Below are positions 8,900 through 18,153 of a stretch of 64,000 nt of DNA, piece by piece. Under the pieces are notes generated by a model. That model was not told the origin of the DNA, did no database searches, and saw only the letters and a program-made list of their open reading frames with translations. The position numbers and the translations under genes were made by a program. Source of the DNA: Candidatus Rikenella faecigallinarum (GTDB taxonomy: Bacteria > Bacteroidota > Bacteroidia > Bacteroidales > Rikenellaceae). Every line of letters starts with the position of its first letter. Positions within the stretch are counted from its first letter, which is position 1. The stretch lies in NCBI GenBank assembly GCA_019113395.1, contig DXHL01000032.1, positions 39,034 through 103,033 on the forward strand, read 5' to 3'.

Positions 8900-9790
8900 A
8901 TGAAAACAGCACTGTTCCTATACAATCCCATTTCGGGCGAAGCTCAGAGCGTCTCCCTGCTGGACCGCATCGCCATGCACTATCAACGTGCGGGATATGC
9001 CCTGACTCTCTTTCGCATCACACGGGAGCGGGGATTGAGCGGTTTGGCTGAACTGATTGGCTCCCTGCAACCGGAGCACCTGCTGGTAGCCGGCGGCGAC
9101 GGTACGCTCAATCGACTGGTCAATTACCTGCGCGAGCATAACCTTACCCTTCCGTTGGCCACCCTTCCAATGGGTACAGCAAACGACTTTGCCCACCTCA
9201 TCGGGATGTCGGATAATCTGGACGAGGCGTGCCGTGGAATTCTGAACGGAGAGGTGCGGCACATCGATTTGGGGCGGGTCAATGGCACCTATTTTGTGAA
9301 TGTGCTGAGTTGCGGGCTCTTTACCGACGTATCGCAAAAGACACCGACTGCCTTGAAGAATACGCTGGGAAAACTGGCCTATTACGTGAGCAGTTTGGGG
9401 GAGCTGCCCTCGTTTCGAAAGATGAACATTACGGTCACCTCAGACGAAGTAACCTTTCGGGGGAGTTGCCTGTTGCTGCTGGTCTTCAACGGTCGCACGG
9501 CGGGAAACCTGAAACTGGCACGCCACTCGAGCGCCGAAGATGGATTGTTCGACGTGTTGATTATTCGCGGAGAGAATATCGTCGAGAGTCTGAAGAACGT
9601 CTTTCACTTTTTGGTCAAGAAGAAAGAGGCCTCCTACCCGAGCGACATTGTCTACTTCCAGACACGTCAGTTGCATATCGAGAATGACCAGCCTACATCG
9701 GACGTAGACGGTGAACGGGGACCGGATTTCCCGCTGGATATCGAGTGTCTGGCCGGCGCACTGCCGGTAATTGTCCCGAGGGCCGAATAA
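8900..9790 (+). CDS. Diacylglycerol-kinase-family lipid kinase (YegS/BmrU-like)
   Basis: The track start at 8882 is TTG; trimmed to ATG 8900 (MKTALFLYNPISG). Motifs LLVAGGDGTLNRLVN and LPMGTANDFA. Confidence 0.88.
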   Translation: MKTALFLYNPISGEAQSVSLLDRIAMHYQRAGYALTLFRITRERGLSGLAELIGSLQPEHLLVAGGDGTLNRLVNYLREHNLTLPLATLPMGTANDFAHLIGMSDNLDEACRGILNGEVRHIDLGRVNGTYFVNVLSCGLFTDVSQKTPTALKNTLGKLAYYVSSLGELPSFRKMNITVTSDEVTFRGSCLLLLVFNGRTAGNLKLARHSSAEDGLFDVLIIRGENIVESLKNVFHFLVKKKEASYPSDIVYFQTRQLHIENDQPTSDVDGERGPDFPLDIECLAGALPVIVPRAE

Positions 9791-9821
9791 GGCCATCCAT
9801 TCCCACACAGAGCGTAAAACC

Positions 9822-9859
9822 AGTCGGGGCGAAATCTCCATAGAGATTTCGCCCCGACT
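9822..9859. terminator. Bidirectional intrinsic-terminator hairpin between convergent lipid-kinase and yeiH-like genes
   Basis: agtcggggcgaaatctc / cata / gagatttcgccccgact. A 17-bp perfect stem. Confidence 0.8.
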
Positions 9860-9884
9860 CCTGTTCGGAGAATCCGCCGGTTCC

Positions 9885-11126
9885 CTACTCCGCCATATGG
9901 GAGAAGAGCAGATATGCCACAATCAGCGTCAGTACAATATTAAAGCCCTGTGCGATAAGGAAGCTCCAGAGCGGTTTTTTGAAACTCTTGTTGAAGATAT
10001 CCTTGAAACGGGTTTCGAGACCGATGCAGACGAAGGCAATGGCAAAAAAGGTACCTTGGAGGTCTTTTGTCACACTGCCTACACTTTTCGCCATGCCGAG
10101 CGGCATGGCAAAGCTGAAAACCAGCGACGCCAGCACAAAGCCCAAGACGAATTTCGGGAATCGTTCCCAGAGCACCCCTGCCGTGGGTTTTTCACGGTGG
10201 TCCTTGCCTTTGTATGACCAGTAAATCGAGATGGCGAAGGCCGCAATACCCAGGAGCACATTTTGCGAGAATTTGACAATAACGCTGTACTTTTCAGCCG
10301 TTTCACCGAGCACTGACCCCGAGGCTACCACAGCCCCCGTCGTATCGATGGTTCCCCCCATCCAGGCACCGGCCACTTCGGGCGAGAGTCCCAGCCATTT
10401 GGCGATGTAGGGCATGAAATACATCATGGGAATGGCCACCACTAACACCAATGAAATAACATAGGATAGTTTTTTGCTGTCGCCCTTGATGGCGCCACAG
10501 GTAGCGATAGCCGCCGAGACCCCGCATATCGAAACGGCACTGGCCAGCATGGTGGACATTTCGCGGTCCACGCCGAACTTACGGGCAATCCAGTAGCCGA
10601 AGTTCCAGACACAGAAGACCACAACCAGTGCCTGAATCAGCCCCAATGCTCCGGCCTGAAGGATTTCGCCGAAGATAACGGTTGTCCCGAGCAGCACCAG
10701 CCCGATTTTGACGTAAAATTCGCTTTGGAGGGCCGGTTTCATCCATTTGGGTACCCCTACCGTATTGCTGATTAAGAGCCCCAAAGCGACTGCAAAAAAG
10801 ACACTCTCCAGTCCGGTGGTATTTTTAATGACCGGAGCCGCCGCAATATACTGGGCCAGCATGGCAATCAGAAAGATAACAATCAACGCCGGAAGGATAC
10901 CGCGCATCGGACGCCCCAGCACTTTCGAGGCCCCCAAGACGATTAGAAAGAGTCCGACGATTAGAATAATCAGGTTTTGCCAGTCGCCAAAGGTAGTGAG
11001 GTGTTTCGGCATGGTCGGCATCCAGCCTTTCGGCATGACGATAGCCAAAATCATAATCAGCAACCCGGCAGCTACGGCCAGCCAGTCCTCTGTTTTGAAA
11101 TGGTTTAGAAGTCGTTGTTTAGTCAT
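9885..11126 (-). CDS. YeiH/UPF0324 family putative sulfate-exporter-type membrane protein
   Basis: 413 aa, polytopic. SAVSICGVSAAIATCGAI and GGTIDTTGAVVASG match the conserved YeiH segments (GSSICGAAA / GSTVHEVAQVVAAG in E. coli YeiH). Confidence 0.8.
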   Translation of the reverse strand: MTKQRLLNHFKTEDWLAVAAGLLIMILAIVMPKGWMPTMPKHLTTFGDWQNLIILIVGLFLIVLGASKVLGRPMRGILPALIVIFLIAMLAQYIAAAPVIKNTTGLESVFFAVALGLLISNTVGVPKWMKPALQSEFYVKIGLVLLGTTVIFGEILQAGALGLIQALVVVFCVWNFGYWIARKFGVDREMSTMLASAVSICGVSAAIATCGAIKGDSKKLSYVISLVLVVAIPMMYFMPYIAKWLGLSPEVAGAWMGGTIDTTGAVVASGSVLGETAEKYSVIVKFSQNVLLGIAAFAISIYWSYKGKDHREKPTAGVLWERFPKFVLGFVLASLVFSFAMPLGMAKSVGSVTKDLQGTFFAIAFVCIGLETRFKDIFNKSFKKPLWSFLIAQGFNIVLTLIVAYLLFSHMAE

Positions 11127-11196
11127 CTATGCTGTTATGTTTGTTTCGATAAAATGAGTGTACGATACACCCCGACGCATGTTCCCCATACGGGGG

Positions 11197-11652
11197 CTAC
11201 CGCTTCATGGCTCGGTCCATGTCGCGTTTCGCATCTTTTTCCTTGAGATGTTCGCGTTTGTCGTACTTCTTACGCCCTCGGGCCAGCCCAATCACCAGCT
11301 TCGCCAATCCGCGGTCATTGATAAAGAGCCGCAAACCGACAACGGTCAGGCCCTTGTCCTGCAAAGCACGTTCGATTTTACGCAGTTCCTTGCGATTGAG
11401 CAGCAGTTTTCGGTCACGTTTGGGCTGGTGGTTGTTGTATGTGCCCCAATGATATTCGGCGATGTTCATTCCGTGAACAAACATCTCCCCATGATGCAGG
11501 AAACAGTAGCAATCGACCAGGCTGGCCTTGCTCATTCGGATGGATTTGATTTCGGTTCCGGTCAGCACAATACCGGCCACCCACTCTTCGAGTATTTCGT
11601 AATCGAAGGTAGCACGCTTATTCTTGATGGATATTTTATTTTGCTCAGCCAT
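11197..11652 (-). CDS. smpB: SsrA-binding protein SmpB
   Basis: 151 aa. [13 protein letters not shown]..., [13 protein letters not shown] and a basic C-terminal tail. TAtcTTTG box 18 nt upstream. Confidence 0.95.
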   Translation of the reverse strand: MAEQNKISIKNKRATFDYEILEEWVAGIVLTGTEIKSIRMSKASLVDCYCFLHHGEMFVHGMNIAEYHWGTYNNHQPKRDRKLLLNRKELRKIERALQDKGLTVVGLRLFINDRGLAKLVIGLARGRKKYDKREHLKEKDAKRDMDRAMKR

Positions 11653-11669
11653 ACTTACTGTTTCGGATG

Positions 11670-11677
11670 CAAAGATA
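11670..11677 (-). promoter_or_regulatory. -7 box TAtcTTTG for smpB
   Basis: Exact TAnnTTTG on the minus strand, 18 nt upstream of ATG 11652. Confidence 0.6.
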
Positions 11678-11780
11678 GCGATATTCCGTTTTTCGCAGGT
11701 ACGCTAAAATGCTTAAATACTCACATCGCGTACCTGTCAGCCCCCTGCACACTCCCATAGCCACCACAACTCACAAAAGA

Positions 11781-11818
11781 AGGTCGGCTCAGTACGGATA
11801 TCCGTACTGAGCCGACCT
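11781..11818 (-). terminator. Terminator hairpin after the TPR lipoprotein gene
   Basis: aggtcggctcagtacgga ta tccgtactgagccgacct, an 18-nt perfect inverted repeat. The minus strand continues tcttttgtg. Confidence 0.8.
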
Positions 11819-11871
11819 GTGTTGTACTTCTCCTCACCGAGGTGAAGAGAATTCTAAGCTCACGAGAAAGC

Positions 11872-13608
11872 TTAGTATTTCATTTTGTATTTCACCGAAA
11901 CGATTTCTACGAATTGAGCGTGTTCGAAGAATTCATAGAAGTTTACTTCGGTAGCAGCGAGTTCAGCAGCTTCAGGATTCTGGTCGATAGCAGCTTTGAG
12001 GTTCGAAACCAAAGCGTTGGCATCACCTTCCTGAGCAGCGATAACGGCTTTCACGTAGTTGGCACGCCAGTTGTTCATGCCGGCCAGTTGTTGTTTAGCT
12101 TTGGCCACGTTGCCATTGAGCAGTTCAGCCAGTGCCTGGTTGTAACCGTCAAGGGTGCGGGCAGCAGCAGCGTAGTTACCGTTAGCCAGTTCTACGAGAC
12201 CCTGGTTGTATTTAGCTTCGGGAGCCGACGAAGCAGCGAAGAATTTGGCAGCTTCAGCTTTTTTACCTTCAGCCAGTGCAACGACACCGAGGTTGTTGAT
12301 AACATAGGGGTCGGTGTTGTTGAGTGAAGCGGCTTTCAGGAAAGCAGCTTTGGCACCGGCATAGTCACCTTCGTTGGCCAATACAACCCCGAGGTTGTTG
12401 TAACCACGGTAGCAGTTGTATTTTTCAGCGGCAGCTTTGTAGATTTTGGCTTTGGTAGCGTTGTCGCTGTAGAGGGTAGCGGCGAAGAGCATTTCTTCGA
12501 CGTTGAGTTTGTTGATGTCGGTAGCGACAGCTTCTTTGAGTTCAGCGTCAGTGAGGCCTTCCACCTGAACGTTCACGGTCATTTTCGAACGACGGAGTTC
12601 GGGGAGGATTTTGTCAGCCAGCACTTGGAAAGCAGCGCTCATGTTTTTGATTTCACGGTCGCGTACCTGCGGGTCGCTGTACATCGAGAGCACTTGGAGG
12701 ATGAGGGCTTTGTCAGGGATATCCGAAGCTTCAACGAGTTCTTTGAAGCCTTCCCAGTCTTCACCCATAGCGTTTACGTCAAATTCCGAGCCGGCGAGCA
12801 CTTTGTTCTTTTTGAATTTGGCGCTCATGGCTTTTTGGGTAGCGGTACCACGTTCTTTCGACAGTTTGTCGTTGAAGGCGAGCGGACCATCCGGAGAAGC
12901 ATAAGCCTGCGTATAGACATCGCCTACGGTTTTCTTGGCGTCACCGCTGTTGGCGATGATGAAGTCTTCGAGGGCTTTGATGTCTTCCTTGTTGAGCTGG
13001 CTCGAGCGAACGTTAGCCCGGTTGATGTTAAACATGATTTTAGCCGACTCCGAGATGTTGGTTACGCGTTGGAAGGCATCGGGAGCGATAGCCACTTTGG
13101 CGTAGTTGTCAGCCATCAGTTGGAGCGAACTTACACCGTTAGCCACCACAATCGGGGTTTTGTATTCGGTGAAGTTTTTGATTTTGTTACCGCCCTTGAG
13201 GCATTTTGCTTCGGCTTTGATAACGAGTTGCGAGAGGCGCATCGAGGGGTTGTAGGGGATAGCCACATCCATGGTGAACGAGCCGCCCGAGTAGGGGATA
13301 ACAGTGTAGTTATCCTGCACTTTTTCGCCCTGGAGGAATTTGGGTTCACCGGCATATTCCGTACCGTCGATAGCCGAGACGATAACCGGAGTCACTTTGA
13401 GGACGCCTTGTTTGTGGAAGGCTTTAGCCGGGATATTCACCGTGATGGTCGTCACGGCGTTATCGCCTTTGAGGGTAACGACTTCAGGAGCGCAGGTTAC
13501 GGTAATTCCTTCAGCCGTTTTTTTCATCATCTTGCTGAAGCAGCCGCAGCTGGTCAGCAGAGCCGACGCCGCGATAACAGCGAGGCTGATGTTAAAAAAC
13601 TTTTTCAT
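11872..13608 (-). CDS. TPR-repeat lipoprotein
   Basis: 578 aa. MKKFFNISLAVIAASALLTSCGC is a signal peptide plus lipobox. The C-terminal half carries repeated TPR-like units (NNLGVVLANEGDYAGAKAAFLKAASL, NNLGVVALAEGKKAEAAKFF...). It has its own -7 box and terminator. Confidence 0.8.
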   Translation of the reverse strand: MKKFFNISLAVIAASALLTSCGCFSKMMKKTAEGITVTCAPEVVTLKGDNAVTTITVNIPAKAFHKQGVLKVTPVIVSAIDGTEYAGEPKFLQGEKVQDNYTVIPYSGGSFTMDVAIPYNPSMRLSQLVIKAEAKCLKGGNKIKNFTEYKTPIVVANGVSSLQLMADNYAKVAIAPDAFQRVTNISESAKIMFNINRANVRSSQLNKEDIKALEDFIIANSGDAKKTVGDVYTQAYASPDGPLAFNDKLSKERGTATQKAMSAKFKKNKVLAGSEFDVNAMGEDWEGFKELVEASDIPDKALILQVLSMYSDPQVRDREIKNMSAAFQVLADKILPELRRSKMTVNVQVEGLTDAELKEAVATDINKLNVEEMLFAATLYSDNATKAKIYKAAAEKYNCYRGYNNLGVVLANEGDYAGAKAAFLKAASLNNTDPYVINNLGVVALAEGKKAEAAKFFAASSAPEAKYNQGLVELANGNYAAAARTLDGYNQALAELLNGNVAKAKQQLAGMNNWRANYVKAVIAAQEGDANALVSNLKAAIDQNPEAAELAATEVNFYEFFEHAQFVEIVSVKYKMKY

Positions 13609-13669
13609 AATCAGGTAGTTGTTATTAATTGGTTTTACTTGTACTTTATTCAGACGCTTCCTTGAGAGA

Positions 13670-13677
13670 CAAAGTTA
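13670..13677 (-). promoter_or_regulatory. -7 box TAacTTTG for the TPR lipoprotein gene
   Basis: Exact TAnnTTTG on the minus strand in an AT-rich spacer, 62 nt upstream of ATG 13608. Confidence 0.55.
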
Positions 13678-13794
13678 CAAATTTGTTTGGGAAATTCTCA
13701 CGGGACTGCAAAATATTTCAGCGGTCGGGACAGGATAATTTCCAGTCATTTTTGTCACTTTATCCTACAGGGTCGGCATTCCGACGTATTGGGT

Positions 13795-15939
13795 TTATTT
13801 TTCTTTGTCGAGCAACACTTTGCGCGAAAGCTTGAGTTTCCCGTTTTTAGGGTCGATACCGATGAGTTTCACGTCAATCATATCGCCCTCCTTGAGGCCC
13901 GTTTCCTCCATGGTTTCGAAACGGCGGTGTGCGATTTCGGAGATATGGAGCAGACCGTCCTTGCCGGGCAGAATTTCCACGAAAGCGCCGAAAGCGACAA
14001 TCGATTTGATTTTGCCGTGGTAGATGGTACCCACCTCCGGAACGGCCGTCATGGCCTTGATTTTGGCAATAGCCGCTTCGACTCCATTTTTGTCAGCGCC
14101 GAAGACATCCACCTTGCCGATTTCACCCTCTTCGGTGATGGTAATGGTGGTACCGGTCTCTTTCTGCATCTCCTGGATGACTTTACCGCCCGGGCCAATC
14201 ACCGCACCGATAAACTCTTTGGGGATGGTAATCTGTACCATGCGCGGCACGTGGGGTTTGTAGTCTTCACGCGGAGCGGGGATGGTTTCGGTCAGTTTAC
14301 CGAGGATGTAGAGTCGGCCTTGGCGAGCCTGTTCGAGGGCAGCGGCCAGCACATCGTACGAGAGGCCGTCCACCTTGATATCCATCTGGGTGGCCGTAAT
14401 CCCGTCAGCGGTACCCGTTACCTTGAAGTCCATGTCGCCGAGGTGGTCTTCGTCGCCAAGGATGTCCGAGAGCACGGCGACACGTCCACCTTCGGAAATC
14501 AGCCCCATGGCAATCCCCGATACCGGTTTTTTAATTTTCACCCCGGCATCCATCAGGGCCAGCGTACCGGCACAAACGGTTGCCATCGACGAAGAGCCGT
14601 TCGACTCGAGGATGTCCGACACCACGCGAATGGCGTACGGGCATTCGGCTTCCGAAGGAATCATCGGTTTGAGGGCACGAAAAGCGAGGTTGCCGTGTCC
14701 GATTTCGCGGCGCGAGAGACCGCGTGCCGGACGGGCTTCACCGGTCGAGAATGGCGGGAAGTTATAGTGAAGAACGAATCGCTCGGTCCCTTCGCGCAGG
14801 ACGTCGTCAATCATCTTCTCATCAAGTTTTGTGCCAAGGGTAACGGTCGTGAGCGATTGTGTTTCACCGCGCGTAAAAATAGCCGACCCGTGCGGCGCAG
14901 GCAGGTACCCCACTTCGCACCAAATGGGGCGGATTTCGTGGGTTTTACGGCCGTCCAGACGCACCCCCTCGTTGAGAATCATGTTCCGCATGGCGGGTTT
15001 GAGCGAGTAGTCATGGAAGTAGCGGCGAATCATGCTCTCTTTGGCTGCCCGTTCTTCTGCACCGTACTGTGCTTCGAAACCGGCCAGATACTGGTCGAGG
15101 ATTTCGTCAAACTTGTCGCTGCGTTCGTGTTTGGGAAGCTGGCTTTTGGCCACTTCGTACACTTTGTCGTAGGTGTCGCGCGCCACGGCATCACGCAGTT
15201 CCCAGTCGTTCTGTTCGTGGCAGTAGGTCCGTTTTTCGGTTTTGCCGACGGCCTGCATCAGTTCAATCTGAGCCTGGCACTGCTTTTTAATCTCTTCGTG
15301 GGCGAATTTGATGGCGTCGAGCATCACGGCTTCCGACACCTCTTTCATTTCGCCTTCGACCATCATAATGTTGTCGAGGGTAGCCGCCACCATGATGTCG
15401 AGGTCACAGAAGTTTTCCCCCTCCATCTGTGAGAAGGTGGGGTTGATGACGAATTCACCGTTGATGCGTGCCACGCGCACTTCGGAGATAGGGCCTCCGA
15501 ACGGAATGGTCGAGACGGCCAGCGCCGATGAGGCGGCCAGCCCGGCCAGGGCATCGGGTTGAATATCGGGGTCGGCCGAGAGCAGCGTCACCGTGACAAA
15601 AACTTCGGCATGGTAGTCACTGGGGAAGAGAGGCCGCAGCGCGCGGTCGATGAGTCGCGAGACGAGGATTTCGTAGTCCGAGGGACGTGCTTCGCGTTTG
15701 AGGAAACCTCCGGGGAAACGCCCGTTGGCGGCATATTTTTCTTTATACTCTACCGAGAGGGGCATGAAATCGACATCCTCTTTGGCATCTTTGGCGGCGA
15801 CGACGGTAGCCAGGAGCATGGTATTTCCCTGGCGCACGACGACGGCTCCATCGGCCTGTTTGGCGAGCTTTCCGGTTTCGATTTCGATGGTTCGGCCGCC
15901 GCTCAGTTCGATGTACTTTTGCGTTGCGTTGTAATACAT
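13795..15939 (-). CDS. pnp: Polyribonucleotide nucleotidyltransferase (PNPase)
   Basis: Track ORF trimmed to ATG 15939 ([33 protein letters not shown]). Two RNase PH domains ([20 protein letters not shown]), a KH domain, and an S1 domain ([27 protein letters not shown]). Confidence 0.96.
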   Translation of the reverse strand: MYYNATQKYIELSGGRTIEIETGKLAKQADGAVVVRQGNTMLLATVVAAKDAKEDVDFMPLSVEYKEKYAANGRFPGGFLKREARPSDYEILVSRLIDRALRPLFPSDYHAEVFVTVTLLSADPDIQPDALAGLAASSALAVSTIPFGGPISEVRVARINGEFVINPTFSQMEGENFCDLDIMVAATLDNIMMVEGEMKEVSEAVMLDAIKFAHEEIKKQCQAQIELMQAVGKTEKRTYCHEQNDWELRDAVARDTYDKVYEVAKSQLPKHERSDKFDEILDQYLAGFEAQYGAEERAAKESMIRRYFHDYSLKPAMRNMILNEGVRLDGRKTHEIRPIWCEVGYLPAPHGSAIFTRGETQSLTTVTLGTKLDEKMIDDVLREGTERFVLHYNFPPFSTGEARPARGLSRREIGHGNLAFRALKPMIPSEAECPYAIRVVSDILESNGSSSMATVCAGTLALMDAGVKIKKPVSGIAMGLISEGGRVAVLSDILGDEDHLGDMDFKVTGTADGITATQMDIKVDGLSYDVLAAALEQARQGRLYILGKLTETIPAPREDYKPHVPRMVQITIPKEFIGAVIGPGGKVIQEMQKETGTTITITEEGEIGKVDVFGADKNGVEAAIAKIKAMTAVPEVGTIYHGKIKSIVAFGAFVEILPGKDGLLHISEIAHRRFETMEETGLKEGDMIDVKLIGIDPKNGKLKLSRKVLLDKEK

Positions 15940-15979
15940 GATAATCTCTTTTCCTTTGGTAAATTTGGGGCTAAGATAC

Positions 15980-16020
15980 AAAAAAAACAGACCCTGCAAG
16001 TCGTCATCGGGTCTGTTTTT
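15980..16020 (-). terminator. Second hairpin plus U8 tract in the rpsO-pnp spacer (terminator/attenuator)
   Basis: Minus strand: aaaaacagaccc-(14 nt)-gggtctgtttttttt. Lies 40 nt upstream of the pnp ATG. Confidence 0.65.
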
Positions 16021-16065
16021 CAAAAAAGCGGGCGGTTTCCTTGTGAATTACAAAGAAACCGCCCG
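16021..16065 (-). terminator. rpsO intrinsic terminator
   Basis: Minus strand: cgggcggtttc-(15 nt, partly paired)-gaaaccgcccg followed by cttttttg. Confidence 0.75.
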
Positions 16066-16114
16066 TGGGAATACGCGATGCGGACACACATGGGTGTGCC
16101 GCATCCGAAATCGA

Positions 16115-16390
16115 TTATTTACGCAGCCCGAGAGCCTTTACGATGGCACGGTAGCGTTCGATATCGGTTTTCACCAGATAGTCGAGCATGCTGCGGCGTT
16201 TACCCACCAGACGCAGCAGAGCGCGCTGGGTGTTGTAGTCGTGTTTGTGTTGTTTGAGGTGTTCGGTCAGGTGTGCGATGCGGTACGAGAAGAGCGCAAT
16301 CTGACTTTCGGGCGAGCCGGTATCGGTAGCGGCTTTGCCGTAGTTTTGAAACAGTTCTTGTTTCTTTTCGGTGTTAATGTAGTTGCTCAT
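16115..16390 (-). CDS. rpsO: 30S ribosomal protein S15
   Basis: Trimmed to ATG 16390. 91 aa: ...[48 protein letters not shown].... Classic rpsO-pnp order. Confidence 0.96.
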   Translation of the reverse strand: MSNYINTEKKQELFQNYGKAATDTGSPESQIALFSYRIAHLTEHLKQHKHDYNTQRALLRLVGKRRSMLDYLVKTDIERYRAIVKALGLRK

Positions 16391-16422
16391 GTAATTATAC
16401 GGTCTATTAATTAGAAGCGGTG

Positions 16423-16430
16423 CAAAGGTA
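16423..16430 (-). promoter_or_regulatory. -7 box TAccTTTG for rpsO(-pnp)
   Basis: Exact TAnnTTTG on the minus strand, 33 nt upstream of ATG 16390. Confidence 0.6.
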
Positions 16431-16464
16431 ATGCTTTTTTCGGGAATTGAAACAGAGCGTTGAG

Positions 16465-16499
16465 AAAAAAGCGGGCGAGGGAGCGAATCCCTCACCCGC
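16465..16499 (-). terminator. Terminator after the trxB-manA-hypothetical gene string
   Basis: Minus strand: gcgggtgaggga ttcgc tccctcgcccgc followed by tttttt. A 12-bp stem with one mismatch. Confidence 0.7.
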
Positions 16500-16563
16500 C
16501 ACCTGTTCATTTCCTAAGGGGGGGGCCACAGCCACTCGGCGCACAGTCTCTCTCGGGATACAA

Positions 16564-17058
16564 TTAATCCAGCGACCGGTAGCGCACCACCAACACCCCA
16601 GAAGGAGCAATCCGCACCTCGCGCCCCATCGGCATCCAGCTGCCCGTCAGGGCGTCGGTCAGTTCATAGTTGCCCGGACAGGTCGGGAGGCCCAGCTCCA
16701 CATGCCCCAACACATAAGCCAGCGGTCGGTCAGTCTGTCGGTTGAAAAACACAACCCAGCCGTTTTCCGATGCTTCCCGCTCCTCGACGCTCCATATTTC
16801 CAGTTTGTCATCGGCCATCCACTGCGCGGGTTTCGCCCCCAGCCGCAGGCATGCGAGCAGTTCATCGCAACCGTAAGCCGCCACCCGTGCGGTGTCGGCG
16901 CCGGGCATTTGCAGAGCTGCCCGCACCACCGCAACAGTCGAGTCCTGCGGCACCGGCCCGCCCTGTGCTTGTTGCGGGTTCTGTCCCCGAGCCGACAGAC
17001 TGAGCACTGCCACGAGTAACGCGCAGAGAGCTCCTGAGAAGTGAGGTTTCATCGCCAT
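16564..17058 (-). CDS. Hypothetical secreted protein
   Basis: 164 aa. MAMKPHFSGALCALLVAVLSLSARGQ is a cleavable signal peptide. Co-oriented 33 nt downstream of manA and followed by a terminator hairpin. No family recognised. Preferred over the overlapping Pro/Arg-rich + ORF 16447..17019. Confidence 0.55.
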   Translation of the reverse strand: MAMKPHFSGALCALLVAVLSLSARGQNPQQAQGGPVPQDSTVAVVRAALQMPGADTARVAAYGCDELLACLRLGAKPAQWMADDKLEIWSVEEREASENGWVVFFNRQTDRPLAYVLGHVELGLPTCPGNYELTDALTGSWMPMGREVRIAPSGVLVVRYRSLD

Positions 17059-17091
17059 GAGATAATATACTCTATAAAGTAAGGTATGGAT

Positions 17092-18075
17092 TTATTTCCC
17101 CTCTTCAGGGATATAGACCTCCAGCACCTTTCCCCGTCCGCTGAGGGTCACCTCGTTCATCTCGGCCGGGATAAGCACCGTTTCCCCTTTTTTCAGGCTT
17201 TCCGAGCCGCTTTCGCAGGTCAGGGTCAGCTCCCCGTCGAGGCAGATGTATATCACAAACGAGTCGAGCGGCGCATAGTCCCGCACAGCCGTGCCGTCCA
17301 CCACCAGCGAATTGGTCTGGAAGTAGGGGCATTTTTCGAGCGTCACGGGCGCATTGCGCTGCGGCGCAGCCACCGTTTTGTAATCCGACCGTGCCTTGTA
17401 GTCGATGGCATCGAGCGCCAGTTCGGTGTGCAGTTCCCGTCCTTTGCCCGTTTTGGGGTCCACGCGATTCCAGTCGAAGACCCGATAGGTAATGTCCGAG
17501 GTCTGCTGGATTTCGGCAATCAGCAGCCCTTTGCCGATGGCATGAATCGTCTTCGAAGGAATAAAATAGGAGTCTCCGTCCTCCACTTTGTAGGCATTGA
17601 GCAGGTCGGCCAGTTTCCCCGCTTCGAGGTATTCGAGATACTTGGCCTTGTCCACGGGTTGATTGAAGCCCAGGTAGAGTTTCGCATCCGGCTCATGCCC
17701 CACCACATACCACATTTCGGTTTTCCCGAACGAGTGGTGGCGTTCGGCAGCCAGTTTATCGTCCGGATGCACCTGTATCGAGAGGTTGTCGTCGGCATCA
17801 ATCAACTTAATCAGCAGCGGAAACTCCTCGCCAAACTGTTCGAAGACCCGTTCGCCAACCAGGTCCCCCATGTAGATTTCAATCAGTTCCTGCAGGTTGT
17901 TCCCTTTCAGCGAGCCGTTGGCCACCACCGAAACATCACCCTCAACCCCCGAGAGTTCCCAGCTCTCACCGATTTTCCCTTCGGCCGGGAGTTTTTTGCC
18001 AAAGACGGTTTCGATTTTGCGGCCGCCCCAGATGCGTTCCTTAAAGATGGGTTTGAATTTCAGAGGATATAACAT
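17092..18075 (-). CDS. manA: Mannose-6-phosphate isomerase, class I
   Basis: 327 aa. MLYPLKFKPIFKERIWGG..., GESWELSG, LLIKLIDADDNLSIQVHPDD and the cupin His/Glu ligands. Confidence 0.9.
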   Translation of the reverse strand: MLYPLKFKPIFKERIWGGRKIETVFGKKLPAEGKIGESWELSGVEGDVSVVANGSLKGNNLQELIEIYMGDLVGERVFEQFGEEFPLLIKLIDADDNLSIQVHPDDKLAAERHHSFGKTEMWYVVGHEPDAKLYLGFNQPVDKAKYLEYLEAGKLADLLNAYKVEDGDSYFIPSKTIHAIGKGLLIAEIQQTSDITYRVFDWNRVDPKTGKGRELHTELALDAIDYKARSDYKTVAAPQRNAPVTLEKCPYFQTNSLVVDGTAVRDYAPLDSFVIYICLDGELTLTCESGSESLKKGETVLIPAEMNEVTLSGRGKVLEVYIPEEGK

Positions 18076-18153
18076 GGCTTTCGATTTTTAACATAAACAT
18101 TCAGTTCCGGTACGGGAGATGCACGACACGCGCTGCCCTCCCCCATCGCCGTT

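Noticed and set aside
11653-11871. Looked for tmRNA (ssrA) beside smpB
   Set aside because: There is no tRNA-like acceptor/T-arm (GGTTCGAAT-type) and no tag reading frame. The spacer holds only the terminator of the upstream gene, a 9-bp inverted repeat and the smpB promoter box.
13687-15432. 581-aa + ORF antisense to pnp; also 23981..25906 (antisense ppk), 42149..43801 (antisense lysC/lysA), 55874..57481 (antisense cydA), 60264..61370 (antisense GH2), 47159..48385 (antisense thiL), 223..1311 (antisense to the left-edge lipoprotein)
   Set aside because: Each is opposite a gene with unmistakable family motifs. All show the same Arg/His/Gly/Val-rich shadow composition and lack promoters or signal sequences.
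16518-16525. G8 homopolymer tract
   Set aside because: It lies in the 3' untranslated region between the stop at 16564 and the terminator. It is not positioned to switch any ORF or promoter.
16447-17019. 190-aa + ORF as an alternative to the minus-strand hypothetical gene
   Set aside because: It is Pro/Arg/His-rich with no signal or motif. The minus-strand ORF has a clean signal peptide, is co-oriented with manA/trxB and is followed by a terminator.
17086-18072. Mirror ORFs of almost identical length to the sense gene (328 aa opposite manA; likewise 129 aa at 58824..59213 opposite the dksA-like gene)
   Set aside because: This is striking, but it is explained by the sense genes avoiding TTA/CTA/TCA in the relevant phase. 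The sense products carry clear family motifs and the antisense ones carry none. I do not treat them as overlapping genes.
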